64,000 nucleotides of DNA from an uncultured Candidatus Saccharibacteria bacterium (GCA_964559765.1 CAZLHU010000001.1:9242-73241), one strand, 5' to 3'; shown: positions 38,867 through 49,117, numbered from the stretch's first letter. Translations and numbers: made by a program. Notes: a model not told the origin generated them from the sequence alone.

Positions 38867-39559
38867 ATGAAAAATAAAATTATACTCGCGTCTATAGCCA
38901 TCGCTTCACTGGGAGCGTTGCTGCTATTATCCGAAGCCAGCGCCGCAACCTACACGCAGCAGACTTCAAGCACCGTTCCGAACTATCGGATATGCAATTG
39001 TCCGATGATTCCAGCCGGCGGAACGTACGAAGGTAGCACAAACACACCAGAGGACAATGCCTCGGCATCTGCACAAGTATGCCCATGCCCGACAGGCCCA
39101 TTGGGATACGGAACGACAACCCCAATAAAAACCTTCCCTCCGATAACGACTCAAAATCAGCAGGGCATAAGTATAAACGGACAGGGCAATGTCCAATTAA
39201 GTTATGGGCAAGTGCAAGCCGTTAATGGGAATAGCCTTACGGTATCCGTATTCGGCATAAACTTCGCCGTCGACACAACAAATGCCAAGGTTGGTGGCGG
39301 GATAGCCTTGCCCGCTAACTTATCCTCCTTGTTCAGCACGTTGGGTGTGACAACGACGCCGACAACCTCGTCGCCAACAACAATTAATGTCGGCGACAGG
39401 GTGACCTTATCCGGAACAGTGGCTTCTAGCACTGGGGTCATAAGCGCCACAACGATAAGAGACTTAACCACCCAGTCACAGTCCTCTAACACCATTCAAA
39501 ACACGATCAACGAGCTGTTGCAGATGGTCAGTCAACTGCGGTCCCAGATCAGCCAATAA
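38867..39559 (+). CDS. Secreted protein with an OB-fold-like (DUF5666-like) domain
   Basis: Signal peptide; G.V..V.G..LTV and I.VGD.V...G; C-terminal coiled segment. Confidence 0.65.
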   Translation: MKNKIILASIAIASLGALLLLSEASAATYTQQTSSTVPNYRICNCPMIPAGGTYEGSTNTPEDNASASAQVCPCPTGPLGYGTTTPIKTFPPITTQNQQGISINGQGNVQLSYGQVQAVNGNSLTVSVFGINFAVDTTNAKVGGGIALPANLSSLFSTLGVTTTPTTSSPTTINVGDRVTLSGTVASSTGVISATTIRDLTTQSQSSNTIQNTINELLQMVSQLRSQISQ

Positions 39560-39630
39560 TAAGGATCGGGTGATCACTAACAAAAAGAGGGCACAAAGCC
39601 CTCTTTTTGTTCTATAATTGCAAATAAAGA

Positions 39631-40908
39631 ATGTTTAAGGGCGCTAGAAAATTTGCCGAATCTGCCGGGCCAGGAATTATAACCGGTGCAGCCGACGACG
39701 ATCCGTCAGGGATTGCCACTTATTCGCAGACAGGTGCTCAATTCGGCTACGGACAGCTGTGGACCGTATTGCTGTTGCTTCCGTTCATGACCGCAATTCA
39801 AGAGGCCTGCGCAAGGATAGGCGCAGTGACCGGCAAGGGCATCGCTGCGGTGATAAAAGAAAACTACAGCAAGAAGATACTATACGCGACGCTATTACTG
39901 GTGCTTGTTGCCAACACGATAAACATCGGGGCGGATCTTGGGGCTATGGGCGCCGCCGCCCATCTCATAATCCCCATTCCTTTTGCGCTGCTAACTTTAT
40001 TTTTCACAGCCAGCATCTTAGTGTTGGAGATATTTATGTCTTATAAGAGATATGCCGGTATTTTGAAGTGGCTCACCCTGACCCTTATCGCCTATCCTAT
40101 TACCCTATTCTTGGTTAACGAACCTTGGAGTACGTTATTGAAGTCTACGTTCGTGCCGCACATGGAATGGAGTTTCGCCTTTTTGTTCATAATCACCGGC
40201 GTGTTCGGAACAACCATTTCCCCATACATGTTCTTCTGGGAAGCGTCGGAGGAGGTCGAGGAAGAACGGGAGAAAAATATGATAGAGGACGGCAAGCCAA
40301 AGATCAGCAGATCTTTCTTGCGTTCGATGCGAATCGACAACTTCGCAGGCATGCTCTCTTCGCAAATAGCCACCTGGTGCATAATCGTCGTCGCCGCCAC
40401 GGTATTGAATGCAAACGGGGTGATGAATATAGCCACGGCGGCCGATGCCGCGAGGGCATTGGAGCCGCTAGTGCACACCTTTCCCAACGCCGGGTTCCTG
40501 GCAAAGTTCATATTCGCTATAGGGGTAATGGGCCTAGGACTGTTAGCCGTACCTGTCCTGTCCGCCTCAGCCTCATATGCGCTATCCGAGGCCGCAAACT
40601 GGAAAGAGGGATTGAACCTTAAGCTTAAACGCGCCCATGGCTTCTATGGCGTGATTACGATAGCAACGCTGATAGGGTTAATGATTAACTTCGTAGGGAT
40701 AGACCCGATAAAGGCGCTTGTGTTTACGGCTGTATTCAATGGGGTGGCTGCCGTGCCTCTTATATTTATAATCGCTAGAATGGCTCGCAATGAGAAAATA
40801 ATGGGAGAATATAAGAGCGGTACACTTTCCAATATATTCGTATGGGGAACATTCGTAATCATGGCGGCGGCAGCCATAGCTATGTTCTTCACGATAGGTA
40901 GAATCTAA
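39631..40908 (+). CDS. NRAMP family divalent metal transporter
   Basis: GPGIITGAADDDPSGIATYSQ.GA.FGY and GTTISPY motifs. Confidence 0.92.
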   Translation: MFKGARKFAESAGPGIITGAADDDPSGIATYSQTGAQFGYGQLWTVLLLLPFMTAIQEACARIGAVTGKGIAAVIKENYSKKILYATLLLVLVANTINIGADLGAMGAAAHLIIPIPFALLTLFFTASILVLEIFMSYKRYAGILKWLTLTLIAYPITLFLVNEPWSTLLKSTFVPHMEWSFAFLFIITGVFGTTISPYMFFWEASEEVEEEREKNMIEDGKPKISRSFLRSMRIDNFAGMLSSQIATWCIIVVAATVLNANGVMNIATAADAARALEPLVHTFPNAGFLAKFIFAIGVMGLGLLAVPVLSASASYALSEAANWKEGLNLKLKRAHGFYGVITIATLIGLMINFVGIDPIKALVFTAVFNGVAAVPLIFIIARMARNEKIMGEYKSGTLSNIFVWGTFVIMAAAAIAMFFTIGRI

Positions 40909-40913
40909 TAGAT

Positions 40914-41132
40914 ATGAAGATATCAGTTAAAGTTAAGCCTGGCGCCAAGAAAGAAAGTCTAGAGAAAGTAGACGAAGGCCATTATATCGTTTCAGTCAAA
41001 GAGCCGCCGACAGAGGGACGCGCGAACTATGCCGTAACCCGGGCAATAGCCGAATATCTAAATATCGGCATTTCTAGGGTAAATATCGCATCCGGACATT
41101 CTTCTAGAAATAAGATAATTGAAATATTATAG
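40914..41132 (+). CDS. DUF167/YggU family protein
   Basis: VKVKP.A, PP.EG.AN and G..SR.K motifs. Confidence 0.9.
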   Translation: MKISVKVKPGAKKESLEKVDEGHYIVSVKEPPTEGRANYAVTRAIAEYLNIGISRVNIASGHSSRNKIIEIL

Positions 41133-41214
41133 ATATCCGTTATATTTACTTAAGCCCTCTATGAGGGACGATTCAAAAAGACAAATCTAAGTCGCCAACA
41201 CAAATAAAAAATAA

Positions 41215-41778
41215 ATGCATATAAACAAAATGGCCGTATCATTAACAATATTAATCGTAGCTCTAGTCTGCGTATGTCTATACCTGATATTTTATTTCAC
41301 TTCCAGCACATCGAACGGCAGCCCGGCCCCCTCAACAATACAGATCCCGAACACGCAAAACATTACCGCGAGCACGACCACCTCGACCAACACCATGACA
41401 TCAAGCAGCACGCCAAGCCAGTCGTCTCCCACATCGGGCCAATTGGGCATCAAAGTGCTTAAGCCCGGCAGCGGAGCCGCAGCCAAGACCGGCGACACCT
41501 TGTCGGTGCTATATACCGGGAAGTTTACTAACGGCAAAGTGTTCGACGCATCTTCTTTGCACGGAAACCAGCCGTACAGCCTTACCCTAGGAGTGACCTC
41601 CGTAATACAAGGATGGACTCAGGGATTGGTCGGCGCCCAAGCGGGCGAAGAGCTCGAGCTCACCGTACCGCCGCAGTTGGGCTACGGTGCAAATGATTAT
41701 CCTCCGGGCAGCAATCCTCCGACCATTCCAGGGAATTCAACTCTAATATTCGACATAACGGTTCTAAAAATAAATTAG
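41215..41778 (+). CDS. Membrane-anchored FKBP-type peptidyl-prolyl isomerase
   Basis: YTG...GKVFD.S, VIQGW and IP.NSTLIFD motifs. Confidence 0.93.
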   Translation: MHINKMAVSLTILIVALVCVCLYLIFYFTSSTSNGSPAPSTIQIPNTQNITASTTTSTNTMTSSSTPSQSSPTSGQLGIKVLKPGSGAAAKTGDTLSVLYTGKFTNGKVFDASSLHGNQPYSLTLGVTSVIQGWTQGLVGAQAGEELELTVPPQLGYGANDYPPGSNPPTIPGNSTLIFDITVLKIN

Positions 41779-41831
41779 GTTTTAGAATAAAAATAACCCC
41801 GCAATGTGCGGGGTTATTTTTTATCTATAGG

Positions 41832-42020
41832 TTAGCGGTAGTCCCTTCGGGCCATACGCTTTTCCCTATGACAATCGCGGCAAAGGAGTTCATTGATCCT
41901 GTTTTCATCCGGTTTAAAAGGAAGTTCAGTGATAGTTGCTCCACACTTGGAACACTTCCACTCTCCTTTAAACATCTCACGCTGAAAACCTCCACCTCTA
42001 TTCTGATCGTTATAAGCCAT
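41832..42020 (-). CDS. CxxC-x17-CxxC family zinc-binding protein
   Basis: REMF...CSKCG....LPF.P......CRDC. Confidence 0.85.
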   Translation of the reverse strand: MAYNDQNRGGGFQREMFKGEWKCSKCGATITELPFKPDENRINELLCRDCHREKRMARRDYR

Positions 42021-42310
42021 TTGTTTACTTTATTATCGACTATTTAGATTCCTACAAATGGCGCGCTATTAACGGTATGCCTATTTTGTTTTTCGAACCT
42101 ATTCTAAGAGAGATACTAGCATAAATAACGCAACTTGTAAAGGGGCAGCATAAAGAAACTCACGTTTGGTGGTTTTGACCTTTTGGATATAGACGCTCCA
42201 AGGTAGCCAGGCATTGTCCCGATAGTTGTTAGGGGCGTCTCGCCAGTAACTATAGATTGACAAAATATAGATTTATGTTAACTTAGGCCAAAGGTCGATT
42301 CGCTAGCGCG

Positions 42311-42352
42311 GTGTCCTAATCCGCTTCAGCGGATCGGGCATGTTCTCTAATA
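42311..42352 (+). promoter_or_regulatory. Leader hairpin plus boxA-like element
   Basis: GTGTCC..CCGC-TTCA-GCGG..GGGCAT followed by TGTTCTCTAATA; TTGACA at 42257. Confidence 0.55.
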
Positions 42353-42375
42353 AATTAATAATCTAATTAAAAACA

Positions 42376-42840
42376 ATGAAGAATTCTGTCGATAGCTCCA
42401 TTCCTTTCACGGATTACATTCCGTTTATCATCGCAGCCATATTTGTATTTTTCATCGCTCTTTCTAACTGGATGCCTAAGGCAAATGCGGACGTGTCATT
42501 CCCACCGGTTTGCAAAATGTTCCCGGCTGGCGACTCTATGCCAGGTATCGTCACCGTCCCGGCAGCTAAACAGACTGAGTGTCTTGAAGAGATGGGAGAT
42601 ATACTGGATGCCAATAATAATCCGATTCCGCCTATTTCGGCTCAGCTCGCCACACTTCCGGTCAGCACCCTTCAGGCTATCTATGCAAAGATAACTGGCA
42701 AGCAGGATACGAACACGGATAGCGTCTCGATATCGGAGGATATAATGGCGGCAGTGTTAAGCTCTCCCCATGGAGCCGATATCCCGGAAATAGGGATGAA
42801 TATTACAGGGACATACCCGAATCTCATTGTCTCGTTTTAG
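42376..42840 (+). CDS. Hypothetical exported protein
   Basis: Hydrophobic signal ending ANA; has its own promoter and a terminator at 42846-42877. Confidence 0.6.
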   Translation: MKNSVDSSIPFTDYIPFIIAAIFVFFIALSNWMPKANADVSFPPVCKMFPAGDSMPGIVTVPAAKQTECLEEMGDILDANNNPIPPISAQLATLPVSTLQAIYAKITGKQDTNTDSVSISEDIMAAVLSSPHGADIPEIGMNITGTYPNLIVSF

Positions 42841-42996
42841 TCTTAAAATCCCCCAAGCTTAAGCCTGGGGGATTTTATTTACCCAATCTTGATTAATTAT
42901 CCATTTTATATTTAACCGCTGTCTAAAACGCCCATTATCAAGACAAAGACCAGCCTTAAAACTGGTCTTTGTGGGATAAATAATATCTATTAAGGA

Positions 42997-45426
42997 CTAG
43001 TCGCAACGGCTAAAGCCGCAATTCTTACAACTCATACAGCCCTCCGCTAAGGTAAGTTGATAGCCGCACTCCGGACAACCCGGCATTGATCCGAAGTCGG
43101 CCATGGACCTCTCCTTTGACGGCTTTGACTCGATTGATATTGGAGCCTTGGCTTCTGTGTTCTCCACGCCGACGGATATGGTCGACTCAATTATCACATT
43201 GATGTTCTTGGCGTGTTCCTCAAGTATCTGACCAATTGCATCCGGCAGAGACAATACAGTTCCCCTTGTGGTCATGGCCACCGCAGGGCCGCGTATGCCC
43301 TTAAGATTGTCGACTATCTCTTCAACCTTCACGCCCGATCGTAGGGAAAGCGAGATAAGTCGGCAAATAGCCTCAGACTGCTCTTGGAAGAATCCCCCGC
43401 TCTTGCCTATGGTTGCGAACACTTCAAACGGCGCCCCGCCCTCATCATTGTTCACAGTAACGTAAAGCTTTCCGTAGCCAGTCTTTATTTTGTAAGTTCT
43501 GCCCGAGAGAACCTCTGGCCTCACTCTCGGCGCAATCTTATCCTTATCAATCTCCAAATTGATCGAGACCTCGTCAACTTTGATAGCTTTCGTCGTTGTG
43601 GGAGTTGATGTCGGCGCAGTTATATTCTCTCCGGTGCCAAGATTAAGAATCTGTATGTTGCGGCTGCCATCACGGTAGACTGTGCAGCTCTTGCAACCCA
43701 GCTTCCACGCATCTATGAAACCATTCTTAACATCTTCATGAGTAGCGCTGTTTGGGAAGTTGATCGTCTTAGAGATCGAGTTATCGACATGAGCCTGGAA
43801 CGCAGCTTGCATCTTCACGTGGCCACTGCCGGAGATGTCCATAGAGATGACAAAGGTGTCCTTAAGGTCTTTTGGTAGGCCGGGCACGTCCTGAATCGAT
43901 CCCGTCTTTGTGATTGCTTCCTTTATCTCGTCTATTTTCTTCTCGCTGAATTTGCGGCGCTTTAGTTCGGCTTCAAAATACTTATTTAAGTAGTGGTATT
44001 GTTGCCCATCCTTATCCTGCTTCACATAGGCCAAGGCAAAGTTGGGCTCTATGCCACTGGACGTATCAAACATCATCGAAATCGATCCCGTGGGGGCAAC
44101 GGTGGTAAGAGCGGCATTGCGCATCTTAATGCCCTTCTTTGCGAATACGCTAAGCTTTATATTCGGAAAAGCTCCCTTTTCTTTGGCCAACTCCTTGGAC
44201 ATCTGGTGGGACTCCTTGGTTATGAAATCCATCACTTTTTCGCCCATTTTTAGGCCCTCTTGAGAGTCGTATCTTATGCCCAACTGATAGAGCATATCGG
44301 CAAATCCCATTATTCCGAGGCCTATGCGGCGGTTCTTTTGGGCCAACTCCGTCACCTGCGAAACAGGGAAATCAAACTTGTCTATGACGTCATCCATGAG
44401 TCTTACCGCGGTCCTGGTAGCGAAACGCAGTCTCGGCCAATCAACTTTGCTGCTCTTAACGAATTCAGCCAGATTTATCGATCCAAGATTGCAGTTATCG
44501 TAAGCGTGCAGGAACTGCTCTCCGCAGGGATTGGAACACATTATTTCTCCTAATCCCGGTAAGGGGTTGGTCCTGTTGATTGCGTCTATGAAAACTATTC
44601 CTGGTTCGCCGTTTGTCCAAGCATAGTGCACAAGCTCATCGAATAACTGGCCGACGGTTATATCTATATCTTCAAAGCCGTAAACCGAACCATTCGGATA
44701 ACGAAGCACTTTATGCGGCTTCACTTTCACCCCTTTCCAAGTGCAATACCATGGAGTGTCCGGACTCTTAACGACTTTCTTCATAAAATCATCGGTGACT
44801 TTAATGGAAATATTAAAGTTGGATATCGAACCCTCTCTTTCTTTTGAATGGATGAAATCCAAAACATCGGGATGGTCAACGCTCATCATCGCCATATTCG
44901 CTCCATGCCTCCCCTGCTGTTTTATAACCCCGAAGGCAGAATTGTAAACATTTAAAAATGTTACCGGACCAGAAGAAGATCCCCGTGAACGTTTTGTCGG
45001 CGACATAGCTGGACGCAGTTCGTCCAAAGCGAATCCCAACCCCGAACCGGCTTGCTGCAACAGCGCCGCATCCTTCAAAGTCTGGAATATGCTATCCATC
45101 GAATCATGAATCGGAAGAACTATGCAGTTTGCGATCAATGCGGTGTCGCTGCCGGCATTGGTCACAGTGCGTCCAGCTGGAGTAAATTCCTTGGAGGACA
45201 TGATACTGAAGAAATCATCCTCTGTTTTATTGACGAATTTCGCGTCATGGTGGTATTTCTTCTCGACTTCGGCAAGAGCCTTGGCTACACGACGAAACAT
45301 CATCGCTGGCGTTTCCTGCTTCCCAGTCTTTTCATCAGTCACGAGATAACGCTTGCGCATCATCTTCAGTGCATTCTCAGAAAACGACTTGTTTATGATT
45401 TCGTCACGGCTCTTGCTCTTGACCAT
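42997..45426 (-). CDS. nrdJ: Class II (adenosylcobalamin-dependent) ribonucleotide reductase with a TSCPD domain and zinc ribbon
   Basis: NPCGEQ, CNLGSINL, RRIGLG.MG, APTGSIS, SISKT.N and C-terminal CPEC...C..C motifs. Confidence 0.93.
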   Translation of the reverse strand: MVKSKSRDEIINKSFSENALKMMRKRYLVTDEKTGKQETPAMMFRRVAKALAEVEKKYHHDAKFVNKTEDDFFSIMSSKEFTPAGRTVTNAGSDTALIANCIVLPIHDSMDSIFQTLKDAALLQQAGSGLGFALDELRPAMSPTKRSRGSSSGPVTFLNVYNSAFGVIKQQGRHGANMAMMSVDHPDVLDFIHSKEREGSISNFNISIKVTDDFMKKVVKSPDTPWYCTWKGVKVKPHKVLRYPNGSVYGFEDIDITVGQLFDELVHYAWTNGEPGIVFIDAINRTNPLPGLGEIMCSNPCGEQFLHAYDNCNLGSINLAEFVKSSKVDWPRLRFATRTAVRLMDDVIDKFDFPVSQVTELAQKNRRIGLGIMGFADMLYQLGIRYDSQEGLKMGEKVMDFITKESHQMSKELAKEKGAFPNIKLSVFAKKGIKMRNAALTTVAPTGSISMMFDTSSGIEPNFALAYVKQDKDGQQYHYLNKYFEAELKRRKFSEKKIDEIKEAITKTGSIQDVPGLPKDLKDTFVISMDISGSGHVKMQAAFQAHVDNSISKTINFPNSATHEDVKNGFIDAWKLGCKSCTVYRDGSRNIQILNLGTGENITAPTSTPTTTKAIKVDEVSINLEIDKDKIAPRVRPEVLSGRTYKIKTGYGKLYVTVNNDEGGAPFEVFATIGKSGGFFQEQSEAICRLISLSLRSGVKVEEIVDNLKGIRGPAVAMTTRGTVLSLPDAIGQILEEHAKNINVIIESTISVGVENTEAKAPISIESKPSKERSMADFGSMPGCPECGYQLTLAEGCMSCKNCGFSRCD

Positions 45427-45589
45427 ATTGGTTTAAAATATTTATGCGACTTTTTATATTAAGGCAAAGGAATTCTAACATAGGGCCGATGTGCATAACT
45501 CTAGGCCGTGCTATAAAAAACCCTCTAATCGAGAGGGCTTTAAAAAATAATTTGACACTGTAAGAGACGCGACCGGATAAGGGTCAAAA

Positions 45590-46828
45590 TTAGCGTTTTC
45601 GCTTGCGGAGGAACGCGGGTATATCCCATATATCGTCACCCTTGTCGTCTTCTTTATTATCCTTATTGAAAACCCTTTTTATCTTAACATCCCTGTCGTC
45701 GACGATTGGCTGCTCTATTTTTTGAGAGTCCTTTTTGTCATCGCTGTTATCGATAAGAGGTATTGTTTTGTTTATAGCCGTCACTGGAGCAAAAAGACTC
45801 ACCGAATCTGGCTCGGCATGCAGCGCAGACATGCCATTAAACCCAGTGGCGACCAAAATAACCTTAATTTTACCGGCTTTTAGCTTTCTGTCGTGATACG
45901 CTCCGAAAATAATCTTGGCCGCAGAATCCACATTCTCATTGACGATCTTTGCCGCATCATTAATCTCAGACATTCTCAAATCTTTGCCGCCGGCGATACC
46001 AAATAAGATTCCCCTAGCGCCCTCGATTGAGTGTTCCAAAAGTGGTGAGTTGACCGCTTGACTCATTGCTTTGATTGCACGATCCGGACCACTCGATATT
46101 CCAACGCCGATTATGGCGGTGCCTGCATTTTGCACGATTGCCCGCACGTCAGCGAAATCAACGTTCACTAATCCGGCTGAAGCAATTATTTCAGCCACAC
46201 CCTGAACAGCGCTCTTTAATATCTCATCGATCTTTTCGAAAGCCTTTATGACCGGGGTGTCATTGTCGATGATTGAGAATATGCGGTCGTTCGGAATTGT
46301 AATCAATGCATCTACACGATCCTTAACACGAGCCAATCCCTCGTCCGCAATCCGCATACGCTGGGCACCCTCAAATGAGAAAGGCTTTGTAATCACTGCA
46401 ATCGACAACGCATCAGTTTCCTCGCGGATTATATCGGCAACCACCGGCAGGGCGCCCGTACCCGTTCCTCCGCCAAAACCAGCTGTAAGGAAAACTAAAT
46501 CTGCGTCTTTAACGGCATCGGCTATTTCAGCACGATTTTCTTCGGCCGACTGTCTTCCTAAGTCTGGATTCATACCTGCCCCCATCCCCCGGGTCGCCAT
46601 ACGGCCTATGTGGATTTTCTTCCTCGCGTCGCAGTACTCAAGATCCTGGATATCTGTGTTTATTGCGATAAACTCTACGCCCCGGGTGAAGTTGTGGCTC
46701 ATACGGGTGACAGCGTTTCCCCCGCCCCCGCCTACGCCAATCACCTTTATCCGCACCAAAGGACGGTCCATATTAGACGGGCTATCTGACCCCACTATCT
46801 TAACTCTGCGTTTTTTTGATCTGGGCAT
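45590..46828 (-). CDS. ftsZ: Cell division protein FtsZ
   Basis: GVGGGGGNA, GGGTGTG, NVDFAD and C-terminal DIPAFLR motifs. Confidence 0.98.
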   Translation of the reverse strand: MPRSKKRRVKIVGSDSPSNMDRPLVRIKVIGVGGGGGNAVTRMSHNFTRGVEFIAINTDIQDLEYCDARKKIHIGRMATRGMGAGMNPDLGRQSAEENRAEIADAVKDADLVFLTAGFGGGTGTGALPVVADIIREETDALSIAVITKPFSFEGAQRMRIADEGLARVKDRVDALITIPNDRIFSIIDNDTPVIKAFEKIDEILKSAVQGVAEIIASAGLVNVDFADVRAIVQNAGTAIIGVGISSGPDRAIKAMSQAVNSPLLEHSIEGARGILFGIAGGKDLRMSEINDAAKIVNENVDSAAKIIFGAYHDRKLKAGKIKVILVATGFNGMSALHAEPDSVSLFAPVTAINKTIPLIDNSDDKKDSQKIEQPIVDDRDVKIKRVFNKDNKEDDKGDDIWDIPAFLRKRKR

Positions 46829-46837
46829 TATTGATGA

Positions 46838-48061
46838 TTATGGCAGTAAATTCTTGAAAAACTTGGTGACCATATCCCCTTTAAGGGATGGCACTCTTGG
46901 GTTCATTTCCCCGCTCCAGCTGAGCAGGCCTAGGGCCGCAGTAGCTTCTGGTGATTCTACCAGCTCTGAGGTCCCAGGTGAAGTGGCTTCAAAAACCGAC
47001 GAGTTGGGAAGGCCGACTTGGGATGTTAGTTTCAATTCCGAGCGTAACAATTCGGCCATACCAGGCAGCTTGGCTCCGCCGCCAACAACAACCACCCCGG
47101 ACGGCAACTTGCCCGCCTTACCTATCAAGCGAAGCTCGGTATTCACTAAATCGCATATTTCCACCAATCTCGCCTCTATAACCTCTGATATAAACTTTCT
47201 AGTTGGCATACCTTTTATACCAGAATCTATTTTGGATAAATCTATTGTGTCCTTGCTCGAGACTTCCTTGGATAACGCATAACCATAGGATAGCTTCAAC
47301 TTCTCCGCTACCTCTACCGGTATTTTCAAAGCTATCGCAAGATCATTGGTGATGTGGCCAGCGCCCACCGGGAAAGTTTTTGCGTATAATAATTTATTTT
47401 CTTCGTAGACGGCCATGCCCGTGGTGCCATAACCAATATCAAGCAACACGACCCCCAACTCTTTCTGATTCCTGGTAAGCACAGCCATGGCAGATGCGAG
47501 TGGCGTGAATATAATCCCGCTCACGCTTCCTCCGGACAGCTCTACGCATTTCATTAGGTTCTTTACAGCCGGTTGGAAAGCATCGATGACAACGCTCACC
47601 ACCTCCAATCTTGCTCCGACCATGCCCAACGGGTCACGTATATCGCCGATGCCATCGACGACGAACTCACGGGTCACGGTATGTAGCAACATTCTGTTGG
47701 AGGGTAGATTTACCGCCTCCGACGCTTGAATGGCCCTGGACATGTCGTCTTTGTATATTTCCGAGTTGGCCCGGGCTACGGCAACGATGCCTCGCGACAC
47801 CTGAGCGCGTATATCGGCACCACTGACTCCGAGATAGACATTTCTGAGCGCGGCTTTTGAATAACTCTTAACATCCTGAAGCACATTGGTCACCGCTCCG
47901 GCGACTTCTTCCATATCAACAACGACACCCTTACGGATGCCGCGCGACGGCTTGGAAAATCCAGTGTAGAGCTTGATTTTTTCAGGTCCTACCGGCTCCC
48001 CTATTACCGCCTTGATGGTGTGTGTGCCTATGTCTAAACCTAATACCTGTTCTTGAGCCAT
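46838..48061 (-). CDS. ftsA: Cell division protein FtsA
   Basis: GLDIGT, DIGYGTT, G..IT.D and GGGA.L.G motifs; upstream of ftsZ. Confidence 0.96.
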   Translation of the reverse strand: MAQEQVLGLDIGTHTIKAVIGEPVGPEKIKLYTGFSKPSRGIRKGVVVDMEEVAGAVTNVLQDVKSYSKAALRNVYLGVSGADIRAQVSRGIVAVARANSEIYKDDMSRAIQASEAVNLPSNRMLLHTVTREFVVDGIGDIRDPLGMVGARLEVVSVVIDAFQPAVKNLMKCVELSGGSVSGIIFTPLASAMAVLTRNQKELGVVLLDIGYGTTGMAVYEENKLLYAKTFPVGAGHITNDLAIALKIPVEVAEKLKLSYGYALSKEVSSKDTIDLSKIDSGIKGMPTRKFISEVIEARLVEICDLVNTELRLIGKAGKLPSGVVVVGGGAKLPGMAELLRSELKLTSQVGLPNSSVFEATSPGTSELVESPEATAALGLLSWSGEMNPRVPSLKGDMVTKFFKNLLP

Positions 48062-48432
48062 GCTAGGATTTTGAGTTCCAGTCTTTGCATCCTTATTCTA
48101 GCACGCTCTTTAACGTGATCGAAACCCAATAAGTGGAGAAGGCCGTGCACTAATAAGTGATCTATGCCTATATCATGGGTGCTGATATAGCTTGGGCATA
48201 AATATATCTCGCCGATCATCCTTTCCGCTTTATTTATCTGTGGAAATTCCTCCGGAGACTCGAAAGAAAGTATGTCGGTAGGCTTGTCTATCCCCCTAAA
48301 AGCGCGGTTTAACTTGCGCATTTCCCGCCTGTCTATTAAAAAGACCTCCGCTCTCAAGTGGGGGCTTTTAAAATACGAAGTTAATATGGTTTGGGCTAGC
48401 TCTTGGAGACGCCTCCCTTCTTTAGGCATCAC
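48040..48432 (-). CDS. ybeY: rRNA maturation RNase YbeY
   Basis: LN..FR..DKPTDILSF and HGLLHLLGFDH motifs. Confidence 0.93.
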   Translation of the reverse strand: MMPKEGRRLQELAQTILTSYFKSPHLRAEVFLIDRREMRKLNRAFRGIDKPTDILSFESPEEFPQINKAERMIGEIYLCPSYISTHDIGIDHLLVHGLLHLLGFDHVKERARIRMQRLELKILAWLKNRY

Positions 48433-48869
48433 AGAAATTTTTTCACCACCGCACTCACCCGTCCGGCATCGGCTTTGCCTGAGATCTCTTTCATCGCTTC
48501 CTTCATGGCCGCACCCATATCCTTCGCCCCGCCAGCTATGACCCTTTTAACTATTTTCTCAATCTCGGCGTCATCCATCTCTGCGGGAAGATATTCCTGG
48601 ATTATCTTGAGCTCTTTGAGTTCTTTACCCTCCAGGTCCTTTCTATCGGCCTTGCCATATATTTCCGCTGCCTCTTTGCGCTTCTTTGCCTCCTTGCGCA
48701 ACACATCCAGCGACGCCTTGTCGTCTAGGACCTCAACGCCTTTGGCGTGTTCCTCGATTTCACGGTTATGCATAGCGGATAGTATCATCCGCAAAGTAAG
48801 AAGTCGCTCGCTGTTTCCAGCCTTCATACTTTCTTTTATGTCAGCTTTGAGTTTATCCGAAATAGACAT
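48429..48869 (-). CDS. GatB/YqeY domain protein
   Basis: D.KE.MKA...LR, K.RKEA...Y and YLP motifs. Confidence 0.9.
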   Translation of the reverse strand: MSISDKLKADIKESMKAGNSERLLTLRMILSAMHNREIEEHAKGVEVLDDKASLDVLRKEAKKRKEAAEIYGKADRKDLEGKELKELKIIQEYLPAEMDDAEIEKIVKRVIAGGAKDMGAAMKEAMKEISGKADAGRVSAVVKKFL

Positions 48870-48901
48870 CTTTATGTTGGCGCTAAACGCGCCGTATCTG
48901 C

Positions 48902-49117
48902 CTAAAACGCGCCAAGCTTGCGGGAACGCTCTATCTCTGCCGTGCGCTTAATTTTGTACAAGCGCGATTTCTTAACGCTTGTCGCATTAGGCGTACGAGA
49001 AGAGAAACGGCGCTTCTTTGACTCACGCAATACGCCACCCTGCTGCACCCTCTTAACGAAGCGGTAGATGAGCGAGTTTGCGGATTCGCCTTCCTTCTTT
49101 TTGATTAATATAGCCAT
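48902..49117 (-). CDS. rpsU: 30S ribosomal protein S21
   Basis: GES...L..RF.K.VQ..G.L.E pattern; basic 71-aa protein next to yqeY. Confidence 0.8.
   Translation of the reverse strand: MAILIKKKEGESANSLIYRFVKRVQQGGVLRESKKRRFSSRTPNATSVKKSRLYKIKRTAEIERSRKLGAF

Noticed and set aside
46248-47282. 344-aa plus-strand ORF
   Set aside because: It is antisense to ftsZ/ftsA and has no recognisable motifs.
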